Of a stretch of DNA of 10,132 nt, positions 1 through 6,891 are shown in pieces. Each line of letters opens with the position of its first letter. The first letter of the stretch is position 1. The stretch comes from Vulcanimicrobiota bacterium (lineage in GTDB: Bacteria > Vulcanimicrobiota > Vulcanimicrobiia > Vulcanimicrobiales > Vulcanimicrobiaceae): assembly GCA_003133025.1 (NCBI GenBank), contig PKZK01000249.1, forward strand, positions 1,288 through 11,419. The letters are read 5' to 3'. A model generated the notes under the pieces. That model ran no database searches, was not told the DNA's origin, and saw only the letters and a list, made by a program, of their open reading frames with translations. Made by a program: the position numbers and the translations under genes.

Positions 1-131
1 TCGCCCGGCCCGAAGGCACGCTGCTGCGCGCGAAAGCGCCGCCCGAACTCGCCGGCAGGCGCGCTTTCCGTCAACAGCCACTCGAGCTCGAGCGCAGCCG
101 CCGTAGCCGCATTCCAAGGCAGCTGCTTCAA
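1..131 (-). CDS. 5' part of a KamC-like (MutS-related) reactivase ATPase subunit; runs off the left edge
   Basis: Not in the ORF track; translated by hand. TTG at 131-129 overlaps the upstream TGA (TTGA) and has GAGG just upstream. The frame is open to the edge: MKQLPWNAATAAALELEWLLTESAPAGEFGRRFRAQQRAFGPG. From memory this resembles KamC N-termini, and it lies directly behind a kamB-like gene. Only 43 codons are visible. Confidence 0.55.
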   Translation of the reverse strand, partial: MKQLPWNAATAAALELEWLLTESAPAGEFGRRFRAQQRAFGPG

Positions 132-1015
132 GCCGCCTCGAGCCCCGCAAACACATCGAATGCAGGCAGCCCGGTAGCATCCGCGACGGCGCGCAAGAAC
201 GAGCGAGGCTCAAAAGCCCGCTCGAGCCCACGCGGCGCAACGGTACACGCCACAACGCGCAGCGGCCGAAGGCAACGAACGTCGAGTTTCGCGCTCAAAG
301 CCAAAAACGCACGCCCTCCAAACGCAATCCGCGTCGGATCCGCAACGACGACCTGCCGCCGCTCGCCCAAGCGCACCAGCTCCGCCGCATGCGCCGCAGT
401 CAGCGCACCATCCAGCACGAGCGATTCACGCGCCGGATCACACGCCGGAATCCGCAACCGAGCCACGAGCGCGCGCACGTCGTCGACGGCATGCGCCTGC
501 GTGGGCGCAGCCGCGCCCACGGCGACGACGATCGCATCCGAACCATCCCGCAACGCCGCAATACGATCCACCGCACCATCGATCAGCACGAACGGCGCAA
601 GCGAGGCCAGCGAATCAGCCACCCGGCGCAAAGCCGACGCCGCCGGGGGCCCCGCAATTTCCAAATACGCAGCCGAACGTGCCCGCACGAACACGATCGG
701 CCCGAGCGCACTCCGCTCGCCCGAAAAAGCGAGCACCTCGAAGGCGGGATGCATCGGCACGAGCCCGGCCGCCGTAGCCGCAATCGCCCCCGGACGCAAG
801 AGATAACGAGGCTTCGCCGACCCCGAGAGCGCATCGACCGGCTCCCCATCCCGCCCGATCGAACACAACCCGAACGGCAAACCGGACTGCTCCAAAGCCT
901 CGCACACGGAAGAAAGAGCAACGGTCTTCCCCGCATTCTTGCTCGTCCCGACGACGGCCAACGACAAAGCACCCGCACCACGCGCAAGCTGCAAGAGCCG
1001 CAAACCTACATCCAT
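128..1015 (-). CDS. kamB: KamB-like protein (lysine 5,6-aminomutase reactivase subunit family), P-loop-containing
   Basis: 295 aa. Motifs VVGTSKNAGKT, GLCSIGRDGExxDxxxxxxKP, LGPIVFVRA, EIAGP and VLIDGAVDR match my recollection of KamB-family proteins. An in-frame stop at 1064-1066 and no other start codon between it and 1015 fix the ATG start. Confidence 0.7.
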   Translation of the reverse strand: MDVGLRLLQLARGAGALSLAVVGTSKNAGKTVALSSVCEALEQSGLPFGLCSIGRDGEPVDALSGSAKPRYLLRPGAIAATAAGLVPMHPAFEVLAFSGERSALGPIVFVRARSAAYLEIAGPPAASALRRVADSLASLAPFVLIDGAVDRIAALRDGSDAIVVAVGAAAPTQAHAVDDVRALVARLRIPACDPARESLVLDGALTAAHAAELVRLGERRQVVVADPTRIAFGGRAFLALSAKLDVRCLRPLRVVACTVAPRGLERAFEPRSFLRAVADATGLPAFDVFAGLEAA

Positions 1016-1030
1016 CGACCTGCATCCATC
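1004..1030. repeat. Imperfect tandem duplication with a 14-bp period spanning the kamB-like start codon
   Basis: ACCTACATCCATC (1004-1016) and ACCTGCATCCATC (1018-1030), 12 of 13 identical. Confidence 0.7.
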
Positions 1031-1083
1031 ACGACGCTCTTCGAGCCCACACCAACCGTTCCGTCACGAAGACGATCGCCACG

Positions 1084-1108
1084 AAAAACGCCCGGCCCGG
1101 CCCGGCCC
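1084..1108 (-). other. (GGGCC)3GGG G-quadruplex-type motif followed by a T5 tract; possible termination element
   Basis: Minus strand reads GGGCCGGGCCGGGCCGGG-CG-TTTTT, starting 19 nt after the DUF2079 stop. The motif is directly visible; the function is inferred. Confidence 0.5.
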
Positions 1109-1127
1109 GCCAAGACGAACCAAAACG

Positions 1128-2483
1128 TTACCGCAAACGCTGGTACAGAGCGATCCCATCCTGATCGGAAATCAGTTTGTACGAACCAGAAGCCACGCCT
1201 TGCGTCACCACCGGGAGCATCTGCTCGACCCAGTACGAATGCGCGAAGGAGGTATCGATCAGCACGTAGCGTGGCTTGCGCGCAAGACCGAGCGAGATGT
1301 GCGGATCGAGGCCCAGGTGCGCGTAGATCTCGTCGTGCGTGCCCGCTTCCAGATCGCGTGGCAAGGTCGCCAGCACGCGGTCGAGCGTGACGTCGTGCGC
1401 CGTTCGAGCGCCGAGATAGTGCCCCCAGTGCGTCGGACTAGCGAAGACCAGGTTGATAGCGCAAAGCACGAGGCAGACGCGCGCGAGGATGCGCGCCGGA
1501 CGCGGGCGTTTGGCGTACAGGTTGGCCATGCCGAGCACGAACGCCGCCAGCACGTACGGAATCCAGACCGCGGCGTAGTGCGTGCCCATCGTATAGGTGA
1601 CCGACTCGTGCGAAAACAGGCACTCGGCAAATCCGGGCAAGGCGAGTAAGAACAGCGGCGAACCGAGGCAGACGAACAGCAGCGGCACGAGCGCTTCGAG
1701 GAAGTACGCGGGGCGGCCGATCGAGTACCACGGAGCGCTGCCCTTGGCATCGACGATACGGTCCCAGGCGTAGAAGTGCAGCGGCGCCCACGCATCTTGC
1801 GCACCCGCGAGTTTGCGGATAACGCCGAAGAACAGGGCGAAGACCGCGAGCGACACGACGAGCGCCGCGCCCGAGAAGACCACGCCGGGGCGCTCCCCGC
1901 GACGCGCAAAGTAGACCAGGCCGTACGCCGCGGCCGCCGCGAGCAACACCGCCTGGTCTTCCTTGATCGACAGCGTCACGGCGAGAAAGAACGCGGCGAG
2001 AGGCCAACGCCGCGCATCGACCGCCCAGAGCAGCCACAGCGTCGCAGCCGGCGCAAACGCGTTTTCGTGAAAATCGCCGAAAGCCACGCCCGCGAGCGGC
2101 GGATACAGCAACGCCACCGACGCGACGGCGAGTGCGATGCCCGCCGGCAAACGGCGGCGCGCGAGCAGGTACAGCGGCGGCGCGACCAGCGCGCAGGCCA
2201 CGGCCTGGATCGCGATCAGCGCGAGCGGCGAACGCGTCGCGAGCAAGAGCGGCGCGCACAGATACAGGATCGGCGAGAAATGGAACGTGAAGTGGCTGCC
2301 GTTTTCGGTGGTGTTGGTGAAACCGTGGAAGACGGTCGCGATGCTCTGCGTGAACAGCCCGAGGTCCGAGCCGGAGTGATACGTCACGTAACGGTCGGCG
2401 CCGAGCGCGAAGGACACCAGCGCGTACAGCGCCGCGAACATCCAGATGCGGCCGCTCCCGCCGCGCCCGGTCGTCGCGCTCAA
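1128..2483 (-). CDS. DUF2079-family multi-pass membrane protein (putative GT-C-type glycosyltransferase)
   Basis: Real 3' portion of ORF 1128..3077. Many TM segments and motifs DLGLFTQ, HFSPIL, DFHE, KED, HYAA. Start is TTG at 2483 (TTGA overlap with the mntP stop) or ATG at 2441. Confidence 0.85.
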   Translation of the reverse strand: MSATTGRGGSGRIWMFAALYALVSFALGADRYVTYHSGSDLGLFTQSIATVFHGFTNTTENGSHFTFHFSPILYLCAPLLLATRSPLALIAIQAVACALVAPPLYLLARRRLPAGIALAVASVALLYPPLAGVAFGDFHENAFAPAATLWLLWAVDARRWPLAAFFLAVTLSIKEDQAVLLAAAAAYGLVYFARRGERPGVVFSGAALVVSLAVFALFFGVIRKLAGAQDAWAPLHFYAWDRIVDAKGSAPWYSIGRPAYFLEALVPLLFVCLGSPLFLLALPGFAECLFSHESVTYTMGTHYAAVWIPYVLAAFVLGMANLYAKRPRPARILARVCLVLCAINLVFASPTHWGHYLGARTAHDVTLDRVLATLPRDLEAGTHDEIYAHLGLDPHISLGLARKPRYVLIDTSFAHSYWVEQMLPVVTQGVASGSYKLISDQDGIALYQRLR

Positions 2484-3046
2484 GAATGTCCCGTGTACTT
2501 CAGCACGGCGAAGAGCATGCCGGTCGCGATCAACGCGAAGCCCCCGAAGAGCCCGGCCCAGCGCTGCGCGCGCTCGCCCAACAGTTTGCCGAAGGTCAGG
2601 CCGAGCGCGGTTGCCGCGACGGAGGCAACGGCGATCGCCGCGAGCGTCACCGGAATCGGCACGCCGAGATAGGCGATCGAAAACCCGACGCCGAGCGAGT
2701 CGAGGCTGATCGAGAGCGAAGCCACGAGCAAGCCCCAACCGCGCGAGAGGTCGAGTCCGCTTTCCGCCTCGCGCAGTTCTTCGACGAGCATGTAGATGCC
2801 GACGCCGATCAGCGCGGCGAAGCCCAGATAACCCGCCGCATCGCCGATGAGCCGGCCGATGCCCGCGCCGATCGCCGCACCGATCAGATTCATGCCGACT
2901 TCGGCCGTGGCAAACGACGCACCGATGCGCACGCGCGAGGCGCGGTCGAGGCCGCGCATGCCGACGCCGATGCTCACGGCGAAAACGTCGAGCGCGAGGG
3001 AGCCGGCGACCAGCGCGACGCGAGCCGCGAGCAAGAGCATCGGCAC
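2480..3046 (-). CDS. mntP: Manganese efflux pump MntP family protein
   Basis: 188 aa, hydrophobic, two repeated halves with the conserved Asp motifs SLALDVFAVSIGVG and SISLDSLGVGFS. Start is GTG 3046 or ATG 3040. Confidence 0.9.
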   Translation of the reverse strand: MPMLLLAARVALVAGSLALDVFAVSIGVGMRGLDRASRVRIGASFATAEVGMNLIGAAIGAGIGRLIGDAAGYLGFAALIGVGIYMLVEELREAESGLDLSRGWGLLVASLSISLDSLGVGFSIAYLGVPIPVTLAAIAVASVAATALGLTFGKLLGERAQRWAGLFGGFALIATGMLFAVLKYTGHS

Positions 3047-3101
3047 GCTTTACGCGCGCCCGGCAGCGCCTTCCCACCCGGCCGCCGAGGGCCGCGTTGT
3101 T

Positions 3102-3491
3102 TCAGGCGGCGCCGAGCAGCTTGGCGAGCGCCGAGCGGAGCTGTTCGAGGCTGAACGGCTTCGCCAGAAAAACGTCGGCCCCGGCGGCGCGGGCGCGTGC
3201 GTCACCCACTTCCTGCCCATGCCCGCTGATCATCAGAATCGGAATCGGCTCCCGATTTTCGAGGCGGACCGCGCTGACCAGGGCCAAGCCGTCCATGCCG
3301 GGCAGCGCGTAGTCGGAGACGATCGCGTCGAAGCGGCCGCCGCGGACGGCCTCGAGCGCGGCCTCGCCGTCGGCAACGGCCGTCACGGTGGCGATGCGAC
3401 GAAGCACCCGGGCGAGCAAAGCGCAAACGGCATCGTCGTCGTCGGCGACGAGCACGCGTTTGAGACTGCCCGGCTCGCTTGGGGTCGGCAC
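3102..3491 (-). CDS. Stand-alone (CheY-like) response regulator receiver protein
   Basis: 129 aa with VLVADDD acidic pocket, phospho-acceptor Asp in IVSDYALPGMDG, ILMISG and FLAKPF. No output domain. Confidence 0.93.
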   Translation of the reverse strand: MPTPSEPGSLKRVLVADDDDAVCALLARVLRRIATVTAVADGEAALEAVRGGRFDAIVSDYALPGMDGLALVSAVRLENREPIPILMISGHGQEVGDARARAAGADVFLAKPFSLEQLRSALAKLLGAA

Positions 3492-3598
3492 CTGAGCGGC
3501 TTCGGCAGGCCGTAGTCCCCGCCTCGGCCCGGCTCGCTCGCAGCCGTAAAGCTTTCTTACCGCAAGGAGCCTGCTGCGGCCGTGGCGACTCGCGCCCT

Positions 3599-4354
3599 AT
3601 GCCGACCACGCGCATCGCGCTCGTGCTGCTGCTCGCCCTCTTCGTGCTGCCGCTGCTGAACCTCGTCCTGGCCGTGACGCCGGCGCAGACGGCGGCCGCG
3701 CTCGGCGCGCCCGGCACCCTGGCGGCGCTGCGCGTCTCGCTCGGCGCGTCGCTGGCCTCGACGGCGCTGGCCACGCTCCTGGGCGTGCCGGCCGCGTACG
3801 CGCTGGCCCACGCGCGACCCGCGCTCCGCGCGGCCGGCCTCTTTGCGCTGGCCTTGCCCGTGGCGCTGCCGCCGGTGGCTTCGGGCATCGTCGTCCTGGG
3901 CTTCTTCGGGGCGCGCAAGCCGGTTGGCGCGTGGCTCGCGGCCCACGGCGTTGGCGTGGTCGACTCGTTTGCGGGCGTGGCGTTCAGCGAGTTCTTCGTG
4001 GCCGGGCCGCTCGTGGCCATCGCAGCCACCGCGGCCTTCGGCGAGCTCGACCCCGCCCTGGAGGAAGCCGCCCGCACCCTCGGCGCGACGCCGCTCCGCA
4101 GCCTGCTGACGATCGCCCTGCCGCTGGCGGGCACGGGCATCGGCGCGGGCGTGCTGCTCTCGTGGCTGCGAGCGCTGGGCGAGTACGGCGCCACCTCGCT
4201 CGTGGCATATCACCCGACGTCACTCCCGGTCGAACTCTACGTGGCGCTGTCGGCCGACGGTCTGCAACGGGCGATGGCGCTCGCGCAAGCCTTCTTCGCG
4301 CTCACCGCGCTTGCGGTGGCGGTTGCGTGGATCGTCCGAAGGCGGCTCGCCTAA
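3599..4354 (+). CDS. modB: Molybdate/tungstate-type ABC transporter permease (ModB/WtpB-like)
   Basis: Likely ATG at 3599 (251 aa). Motifs LGVPAAYALA, LPVALPPVASGI, EAA loop LEEAARTLGA and WLRALGEYGAT. Substrate is inferred from family resemblance. Confidence 0.8.
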   Translation: MPTTRIALVLLLALFVLPLLNLVLAVTPAQTAAALGAPGTLAALRVSLGASLASTALATLLGVPAAYALAHARPALRAAGLFALALPVALPPVASGIVVLGFFGARKPVGAWLAAHGVGVVDSFAGVAFSEFFVAGPLVAIAATAAFGELDPALEEAARTLGATPLRSLLTIALPLAGTGIGAGVLLSWLRALGEYGATSLVAYHPTSLPVELYVALSADGLQRAMALAQAFFALTALAVAVAWIVRRRLA

Positions 4355-4374
4355 CCCGTCGAACGCGGACGTCC

Positions 4375-5268
4375 GTGGCTGTGCTCGACAGGCTCCTCGC
4401 CCCGAACTCACCGTTTCAGTCGCGCTTCTTCTTCCTCGCTCGGCGTTTCGTCGCCGGCGAGACGATCGAGACGGCGCTCGAAGCGGTCCGCGGACTCAAC
4501 GCCGACGGCATCACCGCGACGCTCGACTTCCTCGGCGAAGACGTGCTCGACGCGGCCGAAGCGCAGCGCACGCGCGAAGCCTATCTCGCGATGCTCGCTG
4601 CGATCGAACGCAGCGGCGCGCAGACTAACGTCTCCGTAAAACTGACCGCGCTCGGCCTCTTGATCGACGACGATCTCTGCACGGCCAACCTTACGACTAT
4701 CCTCGAACGGGCGGCTCCGCTGGCCGATCCCTTCGTGCGCATCGACATGGAAGGCTCGGCGGTCACGAGCGAGACGCTGCGCGTCTTCGAGCGCGTCTAC
4801 GCGCAGCACCGCAACGTCGGTCCGGTCATTCAAGCGTACTTGAAGCGGTCGGCCGACGACATCGAGCGCGCGATCGAACTCGGCGCGCGCGTGCGTCTGT
4901 GCAAGGGCGCCTATCAGGAGCCGGCCGACATCGCGTTCCAAGACATGCCGGCCATCCGGCGCGAATATCTGCGTTTGGCCGAAGCCCTGCTGACCCGTGG
5001 CGTGTATCCCGGCATCGCCACGCACGACGAAAAGCTGATCCTCGCGGTCAAGGAAATTGCGCGCAGCCGCGAGATCGCAAACGACCGCTTCGAATTCCAG
5101 TTGCTCTACGGCGTTCGTCCGGAACTGCAGCGCGCGCTCGTGGCCGAAGGCTATCGGGTGCGGGTGTACGTGCCTTTCGGAACCCATTGGGCGGGGTATT
5201 TCTATCGGCGCATCACCGAACGACGCGAGAACGCGCTGTTCGCGCTGCGTTCGATGCTCCAGCGCTAG
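4375..5268 (+). CDS. Monofunctional proline dehydrogenase (FAD-dependent)
   Basis: Motifs RFVAGE, DFLGE, SVKLTALG, FVRIDME, IQAYL, VRLCKGAY, IATHD, EFQLLYG, VYVPFG and YRRITER. Start is probably GTG 4375 or 4381; the ORF-track extension to 3931 overlaps the permease. Confidence 0.93.
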   Translation: MAVLDRLLAPNSPFQSRFFFLARRFVAGETIETALEAVRGLNADGITATLDFLGEDVLDAAEAQRTREAYLAMLAAIERSGAQTNVSVKLTALGLLIDDDLCTANLTTILERAAPLADPFVRIDMEGSAVTSETLRVFERVYAQHRNVGPVIQAYLKRSADDIERAIELGARVRLCKGAYQEPADIAFQDMPAIRREYLRLAEALLTRGVYPGIATHDEKLILAVKEIARSREIANDRFEFQLLYGVRPELQRALVAEGYRVRVYVPFGTHWAGYFYRRITERRENALFALRSMLQR

Positions 5269-5315
5269 GCGCCCACCGGCTCCTATGCCCGCAAAGGCTC
5301 GCCGCGCCTAGCGCT
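5261..5315. terminator. 12-bp perfect inverted repeat between convergent genes (putative bidirectional terminator or stabilising stem)
   Basis: AGCGCTAGGCGC (5261-5272) and GCGCCTAGCGCT (5304-5315) with a 31-nt loop. No U-tract. Confidence 0.5.
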
Positions 5316-5323
5316 CCGCCGGC

Positions 5324-6772
5324 CTAGCGATCGGGAAGACGGTCGACGCTCACGATCCTGTCGCTCTCGATCAGGCGCGCGATCGTGCCCATCCCCTGTT
5401 CTAATTCACCGTACACCGTGAAGTCGCGATCCAGGTGCGGCTGCGGCGAGATCGTCAGATAGAATTGCGACCCGGCCGAATCGCGCAGGGGGTGATTGTC
5501 CTTGTAGTTGAGGCCCATCGAGATGATGCCCGCGCGTTGCTCGACGGGATTCTCCTCGGCGGGTATCGTGAAGCCCGCGTCGCCTTCGCCGTTATCGTTG
5601 GGATCGCCCGACTGCACGACGAAATCGGGTACGATGCGGAACCAGCGGTTGTTGTCGTAATATCCGCGCGAGGCCAAGCGCAGAAAGTTGGCCACCGTGT
5701 ACGGCGCCCACTCCGGAAAGAGGCGCACCACCAAATCGCCTTTGGTCGTGCGGACGCGCACGCGCGGGTGCGTGCCGGGCATCGCGCCGTTGAGCTCGGC
5801 CGCAACGTGCGCGACCAGCGGCGGTGCCGGCAAGAGATCGTCGGGTCCGGGCGCGGCGAGGCCGGGCGTGACCGCGGGTCGCGGCAACGCCGGCTCGGTA
5901 TTCTGCGGATCCGCGGGCGGCAAGTGCAAACCGACCGGCAACGTGACCCGATGCTCGGTAAACGGCTTCTTAGCGATTTGGAAGAGCGACTCGCGTGTCT
6001 GCTCTTGCACGCGCCACGACGGATCGTGCAGTAACGGCTGCAAGAGTTGGAGCGCGCCCGGGCCGCCGCGCTTGCCCCAAGCGCGAACGGCTTCGATGCG
6101 CACGAGGTCGGAGCGGTCGCGCAACCCGCGCACGAGCGTCGCACGCGGGGCAACGAACGCGTAACCGCGATAGAGCGCCCACATCTCGTGCCAACGAACG
6201 GTCGCGTCGCGCTCGGCGGCATACGCGGCGGCGAGTCGAGCGGCAACGTTCGTCGCACCGGGACGCGCGCGAAAGACGACGCTCGCGAGCGCAGCGTGGC
6301 CGCGCACGACCGCATCGGAGTCGAAACGAGCCGCATGCAGCACCGTCGCCGCAAGCGCCGGCGTGCCGAGGATATTGTCGGCGCCCACGATGCGATCGAT
6401 CGCGTCGAGCGCGGCGTAGCGCACTGCCGACGAGGCGTCGTCGCGCGCGAGGCGCGCTTCCTGGGAAAGCGCTGAGGAATCGGTCAGTAAGCCTTCTGCG
6501 TACGCGACGAAAGCGCGCAGCGTCGCATCGCGTGCGTCGAGTCGCGGGCGCAAGATCGCCCGCGCTGCGGGCTGCTTCGTACGCCCGAGCGCAAGCGCCG
6601 CGCGCGCCGCGAGCGCGGGCTGCGCATCGAGCAATCCTACGACGGCGGGATCGATCGTACGCTCGAGTTCGGCGACCGCTATCGCCCTGGAATCATCGCC
6701 CGCTGCAGCGGCAGTCGATAGCGATATCCCGGCGAACAACGCTGCAAGCAGCAGCGCTGCCGAAATCCTCAT
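5324..6772 (-). CDS. Exported HEAT-repeat protein with a C-terminal cyclophilin-type peptidyl-prolyl isomerase domain
   Basis: ATG 6772 gives a signal-peptide-like MRISAALLLAALFAGISLSTAAAA. HEAT-like repeats DxxxxVR (DASSAVR, DSDAVVR, DRSDLVR, DPSWRVQ), a Pro-rich linker, then cyclophilin motifs TTKGD, APYTVANF, WFRIVPDFVVQSGDP, SAGSQFY and HLDRDFTVYG. Confidence 0.92.
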   Translation of the reverse strand: MRISAALLLAALFAGISLSTAAAAGDDSRAIAVAELERTIDPAVVGLLDAQPALAARAALALGRTKQPAARAILRPRLDARDATLRAFVAYAEGLLTDSSALSQEARLARDDASSAVRYAALDAIDRIVGADNILGTPALAATVLHAARFDSDAVVRGHAALASVVFRARPGATNVAARLAAAYAAERDATVRWHEMWALYRGYAFVAPRATLVRGLRDRSDLVRIEAVRAWGKRGGPGALQLLQPLLHDPSWRVQEQTRESLFQIAKKPFTEHRVTLPVGLHLPPADPQNTEPALPRPAVTPGLAAPGPDDLLPAPPLVAHVAAELNGAMPGTHPRVRVRTTKGDLVVRLFPEWAPYTVANFLRLASRGYYDNNRWFRIVPDFVVQSGDPNDNGEGDAGFTIPAEENPVEQRAGIISMGLNYKDNHPLRDSAGSQFYLTISPQPHLDRDFTVYGELEQGMGTIARLIESDRIVSVDRLPDR

Positions 6773-6784
6773 CTGTTCTGAACC

Positions 6785-6808
6785 AACTTTCGGCGGTATG
6801 GGTACGTT
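6785..6808 (+). promoter_or_regulatory. Candidate ECF-sigma-type promoter (AAC-N17-CGTT) upstream of the KGG stress gene
   Basis: AAC at 6785-6787 and CGTT at 6805-6808, 17-nt spacer, in the divergent intergenic region. The motif is short and could be chance. Confidence 0.3.
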
Positions 6809-6891
6809 CTGTGTATGGCAGGCGTCCCGTCCCCGACCCTTTCCGTCAGGACGAGCGCCGGAACTCCCCCAACGGAAGGTAACCCGAAACA

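Noticed and set aside
1016..1127. Lysine or cobalamin riboswitch upstream of the kamB-like gene
   Set aside because: The 112-bp gap is short for either class and shows no recognisable consensus.
389..1390. Long antisense and alternate-frame ORFs (389..1390, 1776..2672, 5995..6882, 6769..8121 and similar)
   Set aside because: Expected in GC-rich DNA; they overlap well-supported genes and show no recognisable motifs.
2484..3077. N-terminal extension of ORF 1128..3077 (649 aa)
   Set aside because: Arg-rich out-of-frame shadow of mntP; the DUF2079-like sequence begins only after the mntP stop.
3047..3101. yybP-ykoY manganese riboswitch upstream of mntP
   Set aside because: Only 55 bp are available and the conserved motif is not visible.
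3047..3552. Shared 8-mer CGTAAAGC upstream of mntP (minus, 3047-3054) and the permease (plus, 3545-3552)
   Set aside because: Two copies of an 8-mer at different distances from the starts are too little to call a regulatory site.
3582..3659. Small Cys-rich ORF (VATRALCRPRASRSCCCSPSSCCRC) after AAGGAG
   Set aside because: The cysteines arise from reading the permease's CTG/GTG codon runs out of frame, and the SD spacing of 12 nt is poor.
3931..4374. N-terminal extension of the proline dehydrogenase ORF
   Set aside because: Overlaps the permease in another frame and has low-complexity Arg/Gly composition; not a fusion.
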